From: a virus
Lineage: Duplodnaviria > Caudoviricetes
Virus record (IMG/VR): IMGVR_UViG_3300025519_000053
Span: 1-46,676 of that record
Direction: 5' to 3' (one strand)
Length of the DNA stretch: 46,676 nt
Shown piece after piece: positions 28,694-37,689 of the stretch; position 1 is the first letter of the stretch; every line of letters starts with the position of its first letter. Both the position numbers and the translations under genes were made by a program. Under the pieces are notes generated by a model, which saw only the letters and a program-made list of their open reading frames with translations, was not told where the DNA came from and searched no databases.

Positions 28694-29287
28694 ATGTTAA
28701 AAACTATTTTATTTTCTGATGGGGCTTCTAAAGAAATGACATTTGAGGAAGTAAGAAAACAATTTATGCCTCTGATAATTAAAGTTATGAAACAAGCAAA
28801 CAATAAATTCATCTATAATCAAGTTGAAGAAGAAGACTTTAGACAAATTTTAGAAATTGAACTTTGGAGAGGATACGAACAGTATGACCCATCAACTAAA
28901 AATTGCTTTACAACTTATCTATATCCTAAACTCAAAAAAGGTGTAAGAAATGCAACTTACCATCGTTATGCATTAAAAAATCAAGGAACTACAATTTCAA
29001 TGAATTCGGGAATTGGGGATGACGATCTTAAACTTGAAGACTTATTATCAACAGACGATACATCAATGGATAATATTGCATTTAATGAATTACTTGATAT
29101 TATTCGTAAAAATGTTGATGAAGACGAAAAAGATGCTTTGAGAGTTTTATTAGACAGAAAAGAGTTTTCTGTTCAAGATTATGCTAATAAATATGGAATC
29201 ACTCGCCAAGCTGCTAACCAACGAGTAGTGAAACTTCGTAAAAAACTTCAAAAAGTTATTTCTGAACAATATCTTGAAATCATTTAA
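28694..29287 (+). CDS. Phage sigma-70-family RNA polymerase sigma factor
   Basis: Region 2-like IELWRGYEQYDP..FTTY, ISMN..LEDLL, and region 4 HTH YANKYGITRQAANQR. Confidence 0.8.
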   Translation: MLKTILFSDGASKEMTFEEVRKQFMPLIIKVMKQANNKFIYNQVEEEDFRQILEIELWRGYEQYDPSTKNCFTTYLYPKLKKGVRNATYHRYALKNQGTTISMNSGIGDDDLKLEDLLSTDDTSMDNIAFNELLDIIRKNVDEDEKDALRVLLDRKEFSVQDYANKYGITRQAANQRVVKLRKKLQKVISEQYLEII

Positions 29288-29436
29288 TCTCTTTATATCA
29301 TTATATAAAAGAAACCTATCCTTGTCAAAGGATAGGCTTTTTATTTTCTCATCTTATGAAATCTATGAACGGATAATTGCTAAAAAACTTCAGATTTTTA
29401 TTTAAAAAAACATTGAAGAAATTAAACAAAAAATTA

Positions 29437-29465
29437 TTGACATTTATAAGGTTTCACTTTATAAT
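29437..29465 (+). promoter_or_regulatory. Consensus SigA promoter of the partition operon
   Basis: TTGACA-N17-TATAAT. Confidence 0.8.
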
Positions 29466-29503
29466 TTTTAATAGTGAAAGATTAATAATTGGAGGGTTGA
29501 CTA

Positions 29504-30328
29504 ATGGCAATTATTGTGGTGGTAGATGTAGGAAACTTTAGTACAAAATATGCTTACCAGGATGAAAAAGAGATTAAATCAAATTCATTTCCATCATACT
29601 TACATCAATATAAAGAATTGGAAAATGTTGAAGGGATGCAAAGAATTCAATATAATAATCTTGACTACTTTGCTGGAGAGAAAGTAAAAGCTTTTTATTT
29701 TGGTAGAGAAGAACAAATGTATTTTGGAAATACCAAAAAAGGGCACCATGAAGCACAAATTAGACTTGTTTATGCTTTATATAATGTATATAAAGAAACA
29801 GGAATGAATGAGTTTAATCTAATCCTTACATGTCCTTATGAAAGTATGGAGGTAGATAAAAAATACTTCACCAGCAATTTTGAAGGAAAAAGAGAAGCTC
29901 AAATTGATAATGAAACTTTCAAGTTTAGCGTAAATAGAATTATAATGGCAGCTGAAGGATTGGGAGCTTTCCATTTTTCCAAGTCTCCAAACTGTGTAAT
30001 TATTGACGCAGGTTCAATGACACTAAATATACTATACTTAATTAATGGATCAATTAGTAGAGAGGACAGCCACACATTAAATGGTGGTACAATTCATAAT
30101 AGTGTTTTCCAATTAGCATCAACTTTTGCTAAGACTTGTACAAATGTAGACTATGATTATCCAATTATTTGTACTGGAGGGAAGGCTAAAGAAATGAAAG
30201 AAGTCTTAGAACAATTAGGTTATTCTGAAGTTTCAATTGCAGACTTAAGGAACCAACCAACATATTATGTCAATTCAGTTGGATTGCTTATGAAGTATGG
30301 CAAAAAGTTTGAGGAGATGTTTTCATGA
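29504..30328 (+). CDS. ParM/StbA-family actin-like ATPase
   Basis: VDVGNFSTK (phosphate 1), AEG, IDAGSMT (phosphate 2), TGG. Confidence 0.85.
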   Translation: MAIIVVVDVGNFSTKYAYQDEKEIKSNSFPSYLHQYKELENVEGMQRIQYNNLDYFAGEKVKAFYFGREEQMYFGNTKKGHHEAQIRLVYALYNVYKETGMNEFNLILTCPYESMEVDKKYFTSNFEGKREAQIDNETFKFSVNRIIMAAEGLGAFHFSKSPNCVIIDAGSMTLNILYLINGSISREDSHTLNGGTIHNSVFQLASTFAKTCTNVDYDYPIICTGGKAKEMKEVLEQLGYSEVSIADLRNQPTYYVNSVGLLMKYGKKFEEMFS

Positions 30329-30612
30329 GACGTAGACAGGACACCTTCTTATATCAAATAAATTTCAATAGGAAGAAGTATCCTGAAATCTGCGAGGCTC
30401 TTGAAGAGGCTAAAAAAAATAACGGAATTGCTTTCTATCTAAGAAAATTAATTTCAAAGGATATTGAAGCTAGGAAGAAAAAGTCCTATATCCCTAACCA
30501 ACAACAACCTGAACAAATCGAAGAACAAGAGATAAAAATGAATCACCAACACTATTCTGAGAATAAGGAATCATCATTGGATCTCCCAGATGATTCTGGT
30601 GGATTCTTATAA
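30325..30612 (+). CDS. Putative ParR-like (ribbon-helix-helix) adaptor
   Basis: Coupled to ParM by ATGA; beta-helix-helix-like N-half and disordered acidic tail. Confidence 0.6.
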   Translation: MRRRQDTFLYQINFNRKKYPEICEALEEAKKNNGIAFYLRKLISKDIEARKKKSYIPNQQQPEQIEEQEIKMNHQHYSENKESSLDLPDDSGGFL

Positions 30613-30683
30613 AAAGCAGCTAAATGGCTGCTTTTATTTTAGAAAAAATTTTGAAAAAATTGCAAAAAATTTGCAAAAAACTA

Positions 30684-30712
30684 TTTACAAGAACATTCAT
30701 TCGGGATATAAT
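30684..30712 (+). promoter_or_regulatory. SigA-type promoter with A-tracts (duplicate of 28295)
   Basis: TTTACA-N17-TATAAT. Confidence 0.7.
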
Positions 30713-30758
30713 AATAATAGAGAGATAAATAAAAAATAAAAATTGGAGGTAATAAAAA

Positions 30759-30938
30759 ATGGAAAAATTTATTATGGATGTTGAATTAGCAGATGGAACA
30801 GAAAAGGAAATAGAACTAGATGTTAGTTCTTTAAAAAGTCCTGATTTATATGATGAAAAAGAGATGTTTGAAGAAATAAGAAATTTAATCAAAGAACAGT
30901 ATCCTGAATTATGGCCAATCAGAAAGATTTGGATGTGA
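30759..30938 (+). CDS. Small acidic protein (59 aa)
   Basis: MEKFIMDVELADGTEKEIELDV...IKEQYPELWPIRKIWM with GGAGG RBS, own promoter and terminator. Confidence 0.75.
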   Translation: MEKFIMDVELADGTEKEIELDVSSLKSPDLYDEKEMFEEIRNLIKEQYPELWPIRKIWM

Positions 30939-30941
30939 ATT

Positions 30942-30968
30942 TGAAGAGCTTCGGCTCTTCATTTTTTA
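30942..30968 (+). terminator. UUCG-loop terminator
   Basis: TGAAGAGC TTCG GCTCTTCA followed by T6. Confidence 0.85.
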
Positions 30969-31085
30969 TATGAAAATTTCTAAAAAATTTCAAAAAATTT
31001 GCAAAAAAGTGTTTACAAATTCTTCCAATCGTGATATTATATTAATAGAGAGATAAATATAAAAAAATTCAACTACCGAGGAGAG

Positions 31086-31847
31086 ATGAAAATGAGAAAT
31101 TTAAAGTTTGGCATCGAATTGGAAGTAGCAACAAGAAAATCAAGAGAGGAAGTTATTGAAGCATTAGAAAATGCAGGAATTAATGTTAAAGGTTCTTATT
31201 ACGGAAGCCCAGTAAATTACAATTCATGGAAAGTTCAACCAGATTCTTCAATTAATGGTTGGGAAATTGTTAGTCCACCACTTACAGATTTTGATGAACT
31301 TAAAACTGTGGTTTATATTTTAAGGAAAGTATTGAAAGTTCGTTGCAACAGGAAAACTGGTTTACATATACATCATGATATTAGTGATTTTAATATTACT
31401 CAAATTAAAAACTTATATAGACTTTATAATAAATATGAAAGTAATGCAATTTATTCGATCATTAATCCATCAAGAAGAGAAAATTGGTTTTGTGGTCCAA
31501 TTTCTTCAATTATGGAAGATATTGAAAAAACCTCAAATATTGAAGAATTTAAAAATATTGATCGTTACCGTTACTATAACTTAAATCATAAGTCATTTAT
31601 CAAGTATGGAACTATAGAATTTCGTCATCACCAAGGAACAACAGATATTAATGAAATTATCGCATGGATTGAATTGACTCATAAATTAGTTGAAACAGCA
31701 GAAAATCTTCAAAAAATGACTCCGATCCAATCAAAAAATAATGAGGAAGCTCTTGATGAAATGATTGAGGAAATTGGACTTTCAAATAATAAATTAGTAG
31801 TAAGACAGCTCAAAAAAGAGCAACGTTATGTATTTAAAATCTCTTAA
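31086..31847 (+). CDS. Putative amidoligase (COOH-NH2 ligase type 2)
   Basis: FGIELEV, PDSSI..WEIVSPPL, TGLHIHH, GTIEFRHHQGT. Confidence 0.88.
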   Translation: MKMRNLKFGIELEVATRKSREEVIEALENAGINVKGSYYGSPVNYNSWKVQPDSSINGWEIVSPPLTDFDELKTVVYILRKVLKVRCNRKTGLHIHHDISDFNITQIKNLYRLYNKYESNAIYSIINPSRRENWFCGPISSIMEDIEKTSNIEEFKNIDRYRYYNLNHKSFIKYGTIEFRHHQGTTDINEIIAWIELTHKLVETAENLQKMTPIQSKNNEEALDEMIEEIGLSNNKLVVRQLKKEQRYVFKIS

Positions 31848-31981
31848 AATTATAAGGCTCCTTGAAAAAGGGGCTTTATCTTAATAATTAATATGCATTA
31901 AAGATGAATAATTTTTTTGTATATGGTACTTTATAGGAGGCATAAGTAATCATAAAATTGTTATATTCGAGGTGAATAAAT

Positions 31982-32200
31982 ATGAATGCAAAAGAAAAAT
32001 TAATGAAAATAAAGAATGAAGGAATATTCACATCTAGTCAAACTTTTGACCAGTTCGTGTCTGACTTATGCAAAAGGTATTCAAGAATTTATAAAGAGAT
32101 ACTTCCAGTCAATGATTATGATTATATTATTAAGAAATTGGAAGAAAAAGGAATTATTGATGAAGAAAACGAGACAGAAGGCTCCGATTCAAAAAAATAA
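31982..32200 (+). CDS. Hypothetical protein
   Basis: 72 aa ORF with GAGGTG RBS. Confidence 0.7.
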   Translation: MNAKEKLMKIKNEGIFTSSQTFDQFVSDLCKRYSRIYKEILPVNDYDYIIKKLEEKGIIDEENETEGSDSKK

Positions 32201-32222
32201 AGTATATTTATAGGAATCTAAT

Positions 32223-32249
32223 TTTACGTTTCCTTCTAAATAGATATAA
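32223..32249 (+). promoter_or_regulatory. Repeated phage promoter
   Basis: TTTACG tttccttctaaa TAGATATAA. Confidence 0.7.
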
Positions 32250-32285
32250 TTGTAATGTAATTTAACTACTATTGGGGGAAATAAT

Positions 32286-32858
32286 ATGACAATAACTTTT
32301 ACAACCGGTCTTATGGGCTCAGGAAAATCAAAAAAATTAATCGATCAATTTAAGAAAGATCCTTCTTCTTGTATTGCCTTCTCTACCAAAATAGATGGTG
32401 ATACCGGAACCCTTGGAATTATTAAAAGTAGGAGTGGGGAATTTATTTTTGGGATTAATTTAAATGCTAATCAGAAAGATGAAGTCATATCAATTATAAA
32501 ATTATTTTTTTCTAAGCCTAGTCTTGATACCATTTATATAGATGAAGTTCAATTCTTTGATGAGCCGACTATTTCAAAAATTATAAATTTATTTCACCAT
32601 AGTGACATTAATCTTCATTTATTTGGACTTTCAACCACTTTTACTGGAGAACCTTTCGAATCATCTAATTTTTTATTAAATTCAAATAAGCTTAAACAAA
32701 TTATTAAACTTCCTATGACATGCCAGTATGAAGGATGTAACTTAGAAGCAGAATATAATGCTAGAATAGTTGATGGAAAAGTCGTCAGGACAGGCAAGAC
32801 TTTTGTGGAAGAAAAAAGTATGTATCTTGCTTATTGTAAAAAACATTATTTTAGTTAA
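32286..32858 (+). CDS. tdk: Thymidine kinase
   Basis: GLMGSGKS, IKSR, IDEVQF, FGL..F, Cys lid and YCKKHY. Confidence 0.85.
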   Translation: MTITFTTGLMGSGKSKKLIDQFKKDPSSCIAFSTKIDGDTGTLGIIKSRSGEFIFGINLNANQKDEVISIIKLFFSKPSLDTIYIDEVQFFDEPTISKIINLFHHSDINLHLFGLSTTFTGEPFESSNFLLNSNKLKQIIKLPMTCQYEGCNLEAEYNARIVDGKVVRTGKTFVEEKSMYLAYCKKHYFS

Positions 32859-32977
32859 GAATTTAAAAAAAGCCCTTTTTAGGGCTTATTTTTTTTGCTT
32901 ACTTTTTTTACTTATATTTATTTTTTTACCTTTTTAGGTTATAATTAAATAATAAAAGCAATAAGGAGGCGAAAAAA

Positions 32978-33331
32978 TTGAAAATAAGGATCAGAAAAGA
33001 TGCCTTAGAGTTGTATGTACAAGAAAATACAAACTGGGATGGGACTTATATAGGTGAAGACAAATGGGAACGTGTTATGGAGAAAATTGCTGGGAAAGAA
33101 GTTGAAGTTGATACAGAGACTTTATTTAAACATGAATTCAATACTAAGCCAATCCCTGGTGTTTCTAAAGAAGGAATTAGAATTATGGAAGAATATGTTG
33201 AGGAAGTAATTGACGATGAAAGAAGGGGCAAAGCTAGATGCGAATTTTGTGAAGAAGTATCTAACTCAATCAAAGTTTGTACTAATTGTGGGAGGTCTGA
33301 TTATCTTGATCCATTTTTTGATGAATATTAA
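32978..33331 (+). CDS. Hypothetical protein with a C-terminal zinc ribbon
   Basis: AAGGAGG RBS; CEFC...CTNC. Confidence 0.8.
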   Translation: MKIRIRKDALELYVQENTNWDGTYIGEDKWERVMEKIAGKEVEVDTETLFKHEFNTKPIPGVSKEGIRIMEEYVEEVIDDERRGKARCEFCEEVSNSIKVCTNCGRSDYLDPFFDEY

Positions 33332-33335
33332 GTAT

Positions 33336-33400
33336 AAAAAAATCCCCGACCAAATCGGAGGAAACGGCAGGGCAAGCATTAATTGCTTAACTCAACTACC
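33336..33400 (-). ncRNA. Candidate small RNA (about 65 nt)
   Basis: Minus-strand TTGATT-N17-TAAAAT (33435-33407), internal hairpin, terminal hairpin with U tract. Confidence 0.4.
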
Positions 33401-33444
33401 AAGACCATTTTACAATAATTATTGAGATAAATCAACACTTCATA

Positions 33445-33471
33445 TTTACGTTTCTTCTTCTCCAGATATAA
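33445..33471 (+). promoter_or_regulatory. Repeated phage promoter upstream of the rep operon
   Basis: TTTACG tttcttcttctc CAGATATAA. Confidence 0.75.
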
Positions 33472-33502
33472 TATTTTCACAAATTAAGGAGGAGGAATAA
33501 AC

Positions 33503-33886
33503 ATGAATCTAAAGGTATTCAAAATTAATGATTTAGTTATGTTCGAAAAAGTTGTAAATGGAAATAATGGGCTCGATCTTCAAGAGATCGGGTTACTGAC
33601 GTTTTTCTTAACAAGAAAAGATGATGAACAAATTCTTAAAACTCAACTTCATGAGGTATTTGGAAGAAGGAGACTTGAAGCAGCCTGGAAAGGACTACAT
33701 GATAAGGGTTATATGTTTTCAATCCTTGTTCAAGGTTCAGGTTCAAGATATTACTTATATTATGTAAATTACCAACCATTCACTAAAGAAGAAGTTATGA
33801 AAACTGTTTCAGAAGTGTCTTTAAACCATGATATTAAGAAGGTTGATGCAAAAGACAATTTACGACCCACTGAAAAAGGGTTATAA
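33503..33886 (+). CDS. Hypothetical winged-helix-like protein
   Basis: Strong RBS; LDLQEIGLL...AWKGLHDKGY resembles replication-associated wHTH proteins. Confidence 0.7.
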   Translation: MNLKVFKINDLVMFEKVVNGNNGLDLQEIGLLTFFLTRKDDEQILKTQLHEVFGRRRLEAAWKGLHDKGYMFSILVQGSGSRYYLYYVNYQPFTKEEVMKTVSEVSLNHDIKKVDAKDNLRPTEKGL

Positions 33887-33889
33887 TAA

Positions 33890-33997
33890 ATAAAAATAGC
33901 CGAGTTGGCGCTCGACTATTTTTGGAGCAGTACCTGCACACCGACCAAAGTATACTGGGTACTTTTATTATACTGTTTATTTGGTTTGCATATTTTT
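33890..33997 (-). ncRNA. Candidate antisense RNA controlling repA
   Basis: Minus-strand TTGTTT-N17-TACAAT with extended TG (34032-34004) and terminator hairpin at about 33892-33922. Confidence 0.55.
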
Positions 33998-34048
33998 ATG
34001 TTTATTGTAGCAGATACTGCTCCTAAAAACAAGAAAGGAGCAGAAAAA

Positions 34049-34900
34049 ATGTCTCGATATTTTACGACAAATAATATGGACTCATTAGTATTCTATCAAG
34101 TGCCAAAAGTTTTATTGGTAGGTGATAAATACAAATCTATGAATCCTAACGCCATGAAACTTTACATAGTTTTGATCGATAGAATTAAACTCAGCATGAA
34201 AAATAATTGGAAGGATGAACTTGGAAGATATTATGTCCGATTAAGTATTGAAAAAGGTTCAGAGCTTCTAGGATTTTCCGACTCTACTTTTAAAAGAGCT
34301 AAAAAGGAATTGAAAAATTATGACCTTTTAGAAGAAAAAAGAGAGGGGATGAACAAGACAAATCTCCTTTATCCACTCATGCTTGAATATACAAAAGAGG
34401 ATATTTACAGAATAAATAGTGAAGTTGATGATTTATTAGAAGAAACTGAAAAATCAGCTCAAAGATATGAGGAATCATGGAAGGGTCAAAATGAACTTTC
34501 CAAGAGAGGTCAAAAAGAACTTTCCGAACAGGTCAATTTGAGTCATCCGGATAGGTCAAAAAGAACCACTATTAATAATAATATTATTAAGAATGACTTT
34601 AATAATAATGAGAATATATTTGTTAACAATTTGTTAACAAGAAAAGAGGAAATTATCAATAATTTGGTTTTAGAATACATGAAAAAAGGATTATCAAAAC
34701 AAGTATGTTTTATGGTTTTAAAAGAAGTAGAACAAAATCCTGATATAAAGAACTTTGGTGGTTATTTTAGAAATGCCTTAGAAAATGCTCTTTATAAACA
34801 TAATATAAAACATGGAAAAATCGATCCTTTTGAAAAAATAAAAGGTATTGCAGAAGAAAAAGATTTGCCATTTTATAATTGGTTAGAAGAAGAAGATTAA
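34049..34900 (+). CDS. repA: RepA_N-family replication initiator
   Basis: FYQVPKVLL, AMKLYIVLIDRIKLSMKNNWKDELG, ELKNYDLLEEKREG. AAAGGAG RBS precedes ATG 34049, not the TTG at 33905. Confidence 0.88.
   Translation: MSRYFTTNNMDSLVFYQVPKVLLVGDKYKSMNPNAMKLYIVLIDRIKLSMKNNWKDELGRYYVRLSIEKGSELLGFSDSTFKRAKKELKNYDLLEEKREGMNKTNLLYPLMLEYTKEDIYRINSEVDDLLEETEKSAQRYEESWKGQNELSKRGQKELSEQVNLSHPDRSKRTTINNNIIKNDFNNNENIFVNNLLTRKEEIINNLVLEYMKKGLSKQVCFMVLKEVEQNPDIKNFGGYFRNALENALYKHNIKHGKIDPFEKIKGIAEEKDLPFYNWLEEED
34484..34640 (+). repeat. Iterons and AT-rich segment: probable replication origin inside repA
   Basis: GGTCAAAAWGAAC-like units at 34484, 34508, 34531 and 34554, then an AT-rich run and TTTGTTAACAA twice. 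Confidence 0.75.
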
Positions 34901-34920
34901 TTGATTTATAGCCAACTAAG

Positions 34921-34948
34921 TTTACGTTTCTTTGACAATTAGATATAA
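34921..34948 (+). promoter_or_regulatory. Repeated phage promoter (13-nt spacer variant)
   Basis: TTTACG tttctttgacaat TAGATATAA. Confidence 0.65.
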
Positions 34949-35002
34949 TATTAATAAAGAGAAATTTCCAGTTTTAGGAAAAATTTTGGGAGGAATTGGT
35001 TA

Positions 35003-36913
35003 ATGAACAAAGATATTATAAGAGTATTGGATGATAGAGAAAAAAGTCGTGAAAAAATTTCTGTTTGGTATGGATCAAGAGATAACTACTATCATGGATT
35101 AAAAGAAGTCATTGCTAATGGAACTGATGAAATAATTAATAACTTTGATGAAGGAACTGTGACAGTTGAACTGCATGATGATTTACAAACAATAACTGTA
35201 AAAGATACAGGTCGTGGAATTCCAATTGATGGAGAGACTGATGGAGTTAAGAACTATGATCTTTTATTTAGAACTTTATTTGCTGGAACTAAATACGATA
35301 CAACAGAAGAAACCACAACTGGAACTAATGGTGTTGGTAATACTGTTTTATGCTATACATCTTCTATCTTTTATGTTGAGTCTTGTTACAATGGATATAG
35401 GAATACATTGAAATTTGAGAATGGTGGATATATTGCTCAAGACTTAAAGAAAGAAAAATGTGATAAAAATTTGCATGGTACATCAATTACATTTAAGCTT
35501 GACCCAAAAGTCTATCCAAAAACAACATATGATGTGGAAGAAGTTGAGTCTATTATAAAACGATTTGCAGTAAGCTCTTCTAAAGTTAAATTAGTCTTCA
35601 AATATAAAGATAAAATAAAAGAATTCTATTACGAAACAATTGAAGATTATTATAAAGAATTAGTTGGTAATTCATCAACTTCACCAATTGTTACTTCTCC
35701 TAAAGTTTTATATGACGATGAAGGAGAAAAGAATAGCATAAAACTAGTATTCTCAACCACCCCTGAACCTATTCAAGAGTCTTACTTAAATTTAACTTAT
35801 TTAGCTGAGGGTGGAAGTTTTAATGATGGAGTAATTGCTGGAATTCGAAAGTTTGCTAACAAGTATTGTAATGATAACAAATTATTTCCTAGAGGAGTAT
35901 CTTCTTTCTCAATGTCTGATGTTGAATCTTCTGTAAGTTTTGTTTTGGTAGCTTTATCAAATAAAGTTGAATTCCAAAATCAAACTAAACTTTCAACAAA
36001 TAAAAAACTCTATAAGAAGATTGCTCAGAAGCATGCTGCCCAATTACTAGAAATTTTAAAAGTTGAAGATGAACCTGGCTTGAAAAAATTGATTAATCAT
36101 TTATTGACTGTACAAAAGCACAATGCTGCCTCACTTAAAGCTAAAAAAGCTTTAAAGAAAAAACTTACAGAAAAAGTGGAAGGTATTGGAAACAAAGTTG
36201 AAAAACTTGTTGATTGTAAAAGTCATGGACAAAATTCAGAATTGTTCATTGCAGAAGGTAATTCAGCTCTTGGGTCAATTGTCCTAGCTAGGGATGCAAC
36301 ATATCAAGCAGCGTATCCATTGAGAGGAAAAATTTTGAACTGCTTGAAAGCTGACTATACAACTATCTTTAATAATCAAGTTATTACTGACCTAGTTAAA
36401 GTCCTTGGCTGTGGAATTCAGACTGACAGAAAAAATAAAGACCTTGAAAATTTTGATATTAAAAAATTAAGATTTGGAAAGATAATTATAAGCACTGATG
36501 CTGATCCAGATGGTAATCAAATTGCTTGCTTAATTATTACTATGTTTTACAGGCTGATGCCAGAACTAATTAAACAAGGATATATCTATATTGCTCAGAC
36601 TCCGTTGTATGAAGTGAAACTTAAAGATGATACAATGGTTTACTTATACTCAGAAAAAGAAAAAGATGAAAAACTTTCCACTTTACAAAATGTTAAGACA
36701 ATTTCTCGTTGTAAAGGTCTTGGAGAATTGGATGCAGAAACAATGTCTGAAACTGCAATGAATCCAAAAACGAGAAACTTAATTCAAGTGAATGTTGAGG
36801 ATGCGAAATCAATGATTAGATCCCTTGAAACGTGGATGGGAATTGATTCAGATTCAAGACGTAAGTATATATCCGAAAATCTTTGCAATTATGTGGATTC
36901 TGTGGATTTATAA
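35003..36913 (+). CDS. gyrB: Type IIA topoisomerase B subunit (GyrB/ParE-like)
   Basis: EVIANGTDE, DTGRGIP, GTNGVG, EGNSA, PLRGK, DADPDG, KGLGE. Confidence 0.95.
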   Translation: MNKDIIRVLDDREKSREKISVWYGSRDNYYHGLKEVIANGTDEIINNFDEGTVTVELHDDLQTITVKDTGRGIPIDGETDGVKNYDLLFRTLFAGTKYDTTEETTTGTNGVGNTVLCYTSSIFYVESCYNGYRNTLKFENGGYIAQDLKKEKCDKNLHGTSITFKLDPKVYPKTTYDVEEVESIIKRFAVSSSKVKLVFKYKDKIKEFYYETIEDYYKELVGNSSTSPIVTSPKVLYDDEGEKNSIKLVFSTTPEPIQESYLNLTYLAEGGSFNDGVIAGIRKFANKYCNDNKLFPRGVSSFSMSDVESSVSFVLVALSNKVEFQNQTKLSTNKKLYKKIAQKHAAQLLEILKVEDEPGLKKLINHLLTVQKHNAASLKAKKALKKKLTEKVEGIGNKVEKLVDCKSHGQNSELFIAEGNSALGSIVLARDATYQAAYPLRGKILNCLKADYTTIFNNQVITDLVKVLGCGIQTDRKNKDLENFDIKKLRFGKIIISTDADPDGNQIACLIITMFYRLMPELIKQGYIYIAQTPLYEVKLKDDTMVYLYSEKEKDEKLSTLQNVKTISRCKGLGELDAETMSETAMNPKTRNLIQVNVEDAKSMIRSLETWMGIDSDSRRKYISENLCNYVDSVDL

Positions 36914-37086
36914 TCCTTGAAGGCTAAAATTTTGATGACTCTTAGGATTAGAAATTGAATACGTGGAAATCATCAATTGATGATCTCTGCGTATTTTTTT
37001 AATAAAAAAAGTGAAAAAAAATTGCCTTATGTGATAAATTCAAGTAATATAATATTAGTAAAGGACTTAAAAAGGAGTGATTTATA

Positions 37087-37494
37087 GTGTCTCAAATTGA
37101 AACATTGACGTTTGAGAAAAAACACGTTGAATCAGTCACTATAACTTCAGAGAACATAAAAGATCCAAAGAAACTATCCGAATTTCTGGAATTAAAGTGC
37201 AATATTATAACAAAGAAAAGTGCGAATCGACCATGGTTGTACCTTAAAGATTCTGATACATTAAAGACATTAGGAGGAATAAGGCTTAACAAAAATTCTA
37301 TTGGAACATTTTATATAGACACAAATTTGAAAAGTCCTCTTAATGAAGAAATTTTTGGAGTTGTAAGTAAGAAAAATAAAAACTTCATCTCAAATAGAAT
37401 AATTGTAAATGATTTAAAGACTTTAGTTCGTATTTGTGATTTAATCAATAATTTAATGAAAGAAGGAAAAATATACACTGGAAAACGGAACTAA
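37087..37494 (+). CDS. Hypothetical protein inserted between the topoisomerase subunit genes
   Basis: AAGGAGTG RBS, flanking terminators and an upstream SigA-like promoter. Confidence 0.7.
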   Translation: MSQIETLTFEKKHVESVTITSENIKDPKKLSEFLELKCNIITKKSANRPWLYLKDSDTLKTLGGIRLNKNSIGTFYIDTNLKSPLNEEIFGVVSKKNKNFISNRIIVNDLKTLVRICDLINNLMKEGKIYTGKRN

Positions 37495-37595
37495 GCTGGA
37501 TAATTCCAGCTTATTTTTATTTGTAAATTATTTAAGAATTGAAAAATATATATACGAATTGAAATATCTTTTATATAATAGTTATAGAAGTATAA

Positions 37596-37622
37596 TTTAC
37601 GTTTTCTTTAAATCAGATATAA
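37596..37622 (+). promoter_or_regulatory. Repeated phage promoter
   Basis: TTTACG ttttctttaaat CAGATATAA. Confidence 0.75.
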
Positions 37623-37689
37623 ATATATAGAAAAGATAAACAAAAAGGTTCTCTACTATTTTGTTTAATGAAGAAGGGGATAGATAAAA

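Noticed and set aside
29340-29500. parC centromere upstream of the ParM-like gene
   Set aside because: No convincing repeat array is visible by eye.
33905-34048. N-terminal extension of RepA from TTG 33905
   Set aside because: No RBS, and it overlaps the structured leader; ATG 34049 has a strong RBS.
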